DNA of 64,000 nucleotides from the human T2T-CHM13v2.0 reference genome, Homo sapiens. The position numbers were made by a program, and so were the translations under genes. The notes below the pieces were generated by a model, which worked only from the letters and a program-made list of their open reading frames with translations, made no database searches and was not told the DNA's origin. The DNA lies in NCBI RefSeq assembly GCF_009914755.1, contig NC_060933.1, one strand, 5' to 3'. Of the stretch, positions 58,401-64,000 are shown piece by piece (within the stretch, counting starts at the first letter, position 1; each line of letters opens with the position of its first letter).

Positions 58401-59409
58401 ATGGAATGGAATGGAATGGAATTGAATGGAATGGAATGTCTTCAAACCGAATGGTATGGAAAGGAATGGAATCAACACGAGAGGAAAGGAATGGAATGGA
58501 AAGGAATGGAATGGAATGGAATGGTACGGAATAGAACGGAATGCAACGAACTGGAATGGAATGGAATGGAATGGAATGGAATGGAATCGTTCCGAGTGGA
58601 ATAGGAGGGAATGTATTCGAGTGGAATGGAAAGGAATGGAATCAACCAGAGTGGCATGGAAGGGAATGGAATGGAATGGAAACTAATAGAATGGAATCAA
58701 CCCGAGTGGAACGGAATGGAAAGGACTGGAATGGAATCGAATGGAATGGAATGGAATCAAATCGATTGTAATGGAATGGAATGTGATGGAATGGAATGGA
58801 ATGGAATGGAATGGAATGGATTTAACCCGAATACAATGGAATGGAATGGAATGGAACGGAATGGAGTGGAATGGAATGGAATCAACCCGAGTGCAGGGGA
58901 ATGGAATGGAATGGAATGCAATGGAATGGAATCATCCGGAATGGAATGGAATGGAATGGAATGCAAAGCAATGGAATCAACTCGATTGCAATGGAATGGA
59001 ATGGAATGGAAAGGAATACATTGGAATCAACCCGAGTGTAATGGAATGGAAAGGACTGGAATGGAGTGGAATGGAATGGAATGGAATGGAATGGAATCAA
59101 CTCGATTGGAATGGAATGGAATGGAATGGAATGGAATTAACCCGAATAGAATGGAATGGAATGGAATGGAACGGAACGGAACGGAACGGAACAGAACGGA
59201 ACGGAACGGAATGGAATGGAATGGAATGGAATGGAATCAACCCGACTGCAGGGGAATGGAATGGAATGGGATGCAATGGAATGGATTCAACTTGAATGGA
59301 ATGGAAAGAATGGAATCAACACGAGTGGAATGGCATGGATTGGAATGGAATGGAATGGAATCAACCCGAGTACAGGGGAATGGAATGGAATGGAATGCAA
59401 TGGAATGGA

Positions 59410-62400
59410 ATCATCCGTAATGGAATGGAAAGGAATGGAATGGAATGGAATGGAATGGAATGGAATGGAATCAACTCGATTGCAATCGAATGGAATGGAA
59501 TGGAATTAACCCGAATAGAATGGAATGGAATGGAATGGAATGGAATGGAACGGAACGGAATGGAATGGAATGGAATGGAAAGGAATGGAATGGAAAGGAA
59601 TGGAATGGAATGGAATGGAATGGAATGGAATGGAATGGAATGGAATCAACGCGAGTGGAGGGGAATGGAATGGAATGGAATACAATGGAATGGAATCTTC
59701 CGGAATGGAATGGAATGGAATGGAATGGAATGGAATGGAATGGAATAAACCCGAGTGCAATGGAATGGAGTGGAATGGAATGGAATGGAATGGAACAACC
59801 CGAATGGAATGGAATGTAATGGAGAGTAAGGGAGTTGAATAGAATCAATCCGAATGTAATGGAATGGAATGGAACGGAAAGGAATTGAATGGAATGGAAT
59901 GGAATGCAATGGAATGGAATCAACCCGAGTGCAATGGAATGGAGAGGAATGGAATGGAATGGAATGGAAACTACCCGAATGGAATGGAATGTAATGGAGT
60001 GTAAGGGAATTGAATAGAATCAATCCGAATGTAATGGAATGGAATGGTACGGAATGGAATGGAATGGAATGGAATGGAATGGAATGCAATGGAATGGAAG
60101 CAACCCGAGTGCAATCGAATGGAATCGAATGGAATGGAATGCAATGGAATGGATTCAACTTGAATGGAATGGAAAGAATGGAATCAACACGAGTGGAAGG
60201 GCATGGATTGGAATGCAATGGAATGGAATCAACCCGAGTACAGGGGAATGGAATTGAATGGAATGCAATGGAATGGAATCATCCGTAATGGAATGGAAAG
60301 GAATGGAATGGAATGGAATGGAATGGAATGGAATGGAATCAACACGATTGCAATCGAATGGAATGGAATGAAATTAACCCGAATAGAATGGAATGGAATG
60401 GAATGGAACGGAACGTAATGGAATGGAATGGAATGGAATGGAATGGAATGGAACGGAACGGAACGGAACGGAATGGAATGGAATGGAATGGAATGGAACG
60501 GAATGGAATCAACGCGAGTGCAGGGGAATGGAATGGAATGGAATGCAATGGAATGGAATCTTCCGGAATGGAATGGAATGGAATGGAATGAAATGAAATG
60601 GATTCAACTCGATTGCAATGGAATGGAATAGAATGGAATGGAATGGAATGGAATGGAATTAACCCGAATAGAATGGAATGGAATGGAATGGAATGGAATG
60701 GAACGGAATGGAATGGAATGGAATGGAATGGAATGGAATGGAATGGTATGGAATGGAATGGAATGGTACGGAATAGAATGGAATGGAACGAATTGTAATG
60801 GAATGGAATTGAATGGAATGGAATGGAATGGAATGGAATCAACGCGAGTGCAGGGGAATGTAATGGAACGGAATGCAATGGAATGGAATCATCCGGAATG
60901 GAATGGAATGGAATGGAATGGAATGGAATGGAATCAACCCGAGTGCAATGGAATGGAGTGGAATGGAATGGAATAGAATGGAACAACCCGAATGGAATGG
61001 AATGTAATGGAGAGTAAGGGAGTTGAATAGAATCAATTCGAATGTAATGGAATGGAATGCAACGGAATGGAATGGAATGGAATGGAATGGAATGGAATGG
61101 AATGCAAAGGAATGGAATCAACCCGAGTGGAATGGCATGGAATGGAATGCAATGGATTGGAATGGAATGGAATCAACTCGAGTGGAAAGGAATGGAATGG
61201 AATGGAAAGGAATGGAATGAAGTCAACTCGAGTGGAATGGAATGGAATGGAATGGATTGGAAGGGATTGCAATGGAATGAAAGGGAATGGAATGGAATGG
61301 AATCAATCATGGAAGGGAATGTAATGGAGTGGAAAGAAGGGAATGGAATCAACCCGAGTGGAATGCAAGGCAATGGAATGGAATGAAAGGAATGGAATGG
61401 AATCAACTCGATTGCAATGGAATGGAATGGAATGGAATGGAATGGAATTAACCGGAATAGAATGGAATGGAAAGGAATGGAACGGAATGGAATGGAATGG
61501 AAGGGAATGGAATCAACACGAGTGCAGGGGAATGGAATGGAATGGAATGCAATGGAATGGAATCATCCGGAATGGAATGGAATGGAATGGAATCAACTCC
61601 ATTGCAATGGAATGGAATGGAATGGAATGGAATAGAATGGAATGGAATTAACCCGAATAGAATGGAATGCAACAGAATGGAATGCAACGGAACCGAATGG
61701 AGTGGAATGGAATGGAATGGAATCTACCCGAGTACAGGGGAATGGAATGGAATGGAATGCAATGGAATGGAGTCATCCGTAATGGAATGGAAAGGAATGG
61801 AATGGAATGGAATGGAATGGAATGGAATGGAATGGAATCAACTCGATTGCAATCGAATGGAATGGAATGGAATTAACCCGAATAGAATGGAATGGAATGG
61901 AATGGAATGGAATGGAACGGAATGGAATGGAATGGAATGGAATGGAAAGGAATGGAACGGAAAGGAATGGAATGGAATGGAATGGAATGGAATGGAATGG
62001 AATGGAATCAACGCGAGTGGAGGGGAATGGAATGGAATGGAATACAATGGAATGGAATCTTCCGGAATGGAATGGAATGGAATGGAATGGAATGGAATGG
62101 AATGGAATAAACCCGAGTGCAATGGAATGGAGTGGAATGGAATGGAATGGAATGGAACAACCCGAATGGAATGGAATGTAATGGAGAGTAAGGGAGTTGA
62201 ATAGAATCAATCCGAATGTAATGGAATGGAATGGAACGGAAAGGAATTGAATGGAATGGAATGGAATGCAATGGAATGGAATCAACCCGAGTGCAATGGA
62301 ATGGAGAGGAATGGAATGGAATGGAATGGAAACTACCCGAATGGAATGGAATGTAATGGAGTGTAAGGGAATTGAATAGAATCAATCCGAATGTAATGGA

Positions 62401-64000
62401 ATGGAATGGTATGGAATGGAATGGAATGGAATGGAATGGAATGGAATGCAATGGAATGGAATCAACCCGAGTGCAATCGAATGGAATCGAATGGAATGGA
62501 ATGCAATGGAATGGATTCAACTTGAATGGAATGGAAAGAATGGAATCAACACGAGTGGAAGGGCATGGATTGGAATGCAATGGAATGGAATCAACCCGAG
62601 TACAGGGGAATGGAATTGAATGGAATGCAATGGAATGGAATCATCCGTAATGGAATGGAAAGGAATGGAATGGAATGGAATGGAATGGAATGGAATGGAA
62701 TCAACACGATTGCAATCGAATGGAATGGAATGAAATTAACCCGAATAGAATGGAATGGAATGGAATGGAACGGAACGTAATGGAATGGAATGGAATGGAA
62801 TGGAACGGAACGGAACGGAACGGAATGGAATGGAATGGAATGGAATGGAACGGAATGGAATCAACGCGAGTGCAGGGGAATGGAATGGAATGGAATGCAA
62901 TGGAATGGAATCTTCCGGAATGGAATGGAATGGAATGGAATGAAATGAAATGGATTCAACTCGATTGCAATGGAATGGAATAGAATGGAATGGAATGGAA
63001 TGGAATGGAATTAACCCGAATAGAATGGAATGGAATGGAATGGAACGGAATGGATCGGAATGGAATGGAATGGAATGGAATGGAATGGAATGGTATGGAA
63101 TGGAATGGAATGTTACGGAATAGAATGGAATGGAACGAATTGTAATGGAATGGAATTGAATGGAATGGAATGGAATGGAATGGAATCAACGCGAGTGCAG
63201 GGGAATGTAATGGAACGGAATGCAATGGAATGGAATCATCCGGAATAGAATGGAATGGAATGGAATGGAATGGAATGGAATCAACCCGAGTGCAATGGAA
63301 TGGAGTGGAATGGAATGGAATAGAATGGAACAACCCGAATGGAATGGAATGTAATGGAGAGTAAGGGAGTTGAATAGAATCAATTCGAATGTAATGGAAT
63401 GGAATGCAACGGAATGGAATGGAATGGAATGGAATGGAATGGAATGGAATGGAATGGAATGGAATGCAAAGGAATGGAATCAACCCGAGTGGAATGGCAT
63501 GGAATGGAATGCAATGGATTGGAATGGAATGGAATCAACTCGAGTTTAAAGGAATGGAATGGAATGGAAAGGAATGGAATGAAGTCAACTCGAGTGGAAT
63601 GGAATGGAATGGAATGGATTGGAAGGGATTGCAATGGAATGAAATGGAATGGAATGGAATGGAATCAATCATGGAAGGGAATGTAATGGAGTGGAAAGAA
63701 GGGAATGGAATCAACCCGAGTGGAATGCAAGGCAATGGAATGGAATGAAAGGAATGGAATGGAATCAACTCGATTGCAATGGAATGGAATGGAATGGAAT
63801 GGAATGGAATGGAATTAACCGGAATAGAATGGAATGGAATGGAATGGAACGGAATGGAATGGAATGGAAGGGAATGGAATCAACACGAGTGCAGGGGAAT
63901 GGAATGGAATGGAATGCAATGGAATGGAATCATCCGGAATGGAATGGAATGGAATGGAATCAACTCCATTGCAATGGAATGGAATGGAATGGAATAGAAT
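59410..64000 (+). repeat. Tandem duplication of ~2.36 kb (second copy runs off the window end)
   Basis: ORF pairs 59646/62008, 60010/62372, 60164/62526 and 61173/63535 are all offset by 2362. Shared variants CGCGAGTGGAGGGG, GGAACGTAATGG, GAAATTAACCCG and GAAATGAAATGGATTC. Confidence 0.88.

Larger units (their letters stand above)
1..64000 (+). repeat. Human/primate Satellite III (HSat3) array: (GGAAT)n with CAACCCGAGT-family interruptions
   Basis: Every line is dominated by GGAAT pentamers. Recurrent interruptions CAACCCGAGT, CAACACGAGT, CAACGCGAGT, CAACTCGATT and TAACCCGAAT match the classical Sat III description (GGAAT)n + CAACCCGAGT. No CATTC-oriented segment is seen on the + strand. Confidence 0.98.

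Noticed and set aside
28-63997. Hundreds of ORFs on both strands (MEWNG / IPFHS repeats) as protein-coding genes
   Set aside because: They overlap in all six frames and follow automatically from a stop-free 5-bp repeat. There is no domain content, codon structure or gene context.
1-64000. CRISPR-like repeat-spacer array (constant modules separated by spacers)
   Set aside because: The 'spacers' are GGAAT runs rather than unique sequences, and there are no cas genes or leader. This is a eukaryotic satellite.
1-64000. HSat2, alpha satellite or telomeric repeat
   Set aside because: It lacks the highly diverged ~23-26 bp HSat2 pattern, 171-bp alphoid monomers and TTAGGG. Long pure GGAAT runs with CAACCCGAGT indicate HSat3.
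1-64000. Assignment to a specific chromosome or HSat3 subfamily (e.g. 9q12)
   Set aside because: Plausible given the CAACCCGAGT-rich type and HSE content, but it cannot be established without alignment or subfamily-specific k-mer classification. A great-ape origin is also not excluded.

Overview
The whole 64 kb window is one uninterrupted, single-orientation block of classical primate/human Satellite III (HSat3). It is a (GGAAT)n pentamer backbone on the + strand ((CATTC)n on the - strand), punctuated by CAACCCGAGT-type decamers and other diverged modules, as in pericentromeric or acrocentric heterochromatin. I see no genes, transposons, RNA genes or unique sequence. All listed ORFs are by-products of the stop-free pentamer (poly-WNGME on +, poly-FHSIP on -). 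The information is in the architecture: 5 bp pentamer -> ~175 bp paralogous sub-blocks -> an ordered ~0.83-0.93 kb unit whose length is 3 mod 5 in every clean case checked -> several young, local duplications (0.93, 1.01, 2.36, ~2.55, ~3.55, ~5.4 and ~7.46 kb offsets), some with readable breakpoints. One recurring module (GGAAT-CTTCC-GGAAT) is a perfect three-unit heat-shock element present about 45 times by eye count. Another module contains a perfect 14-bp palindrome. I found no new gene system. Chromosome and subfamily cannot be fixed without alignment, and duplication boundaries are approximate (read by eye from diagnostic variants and ORF-track offsets).
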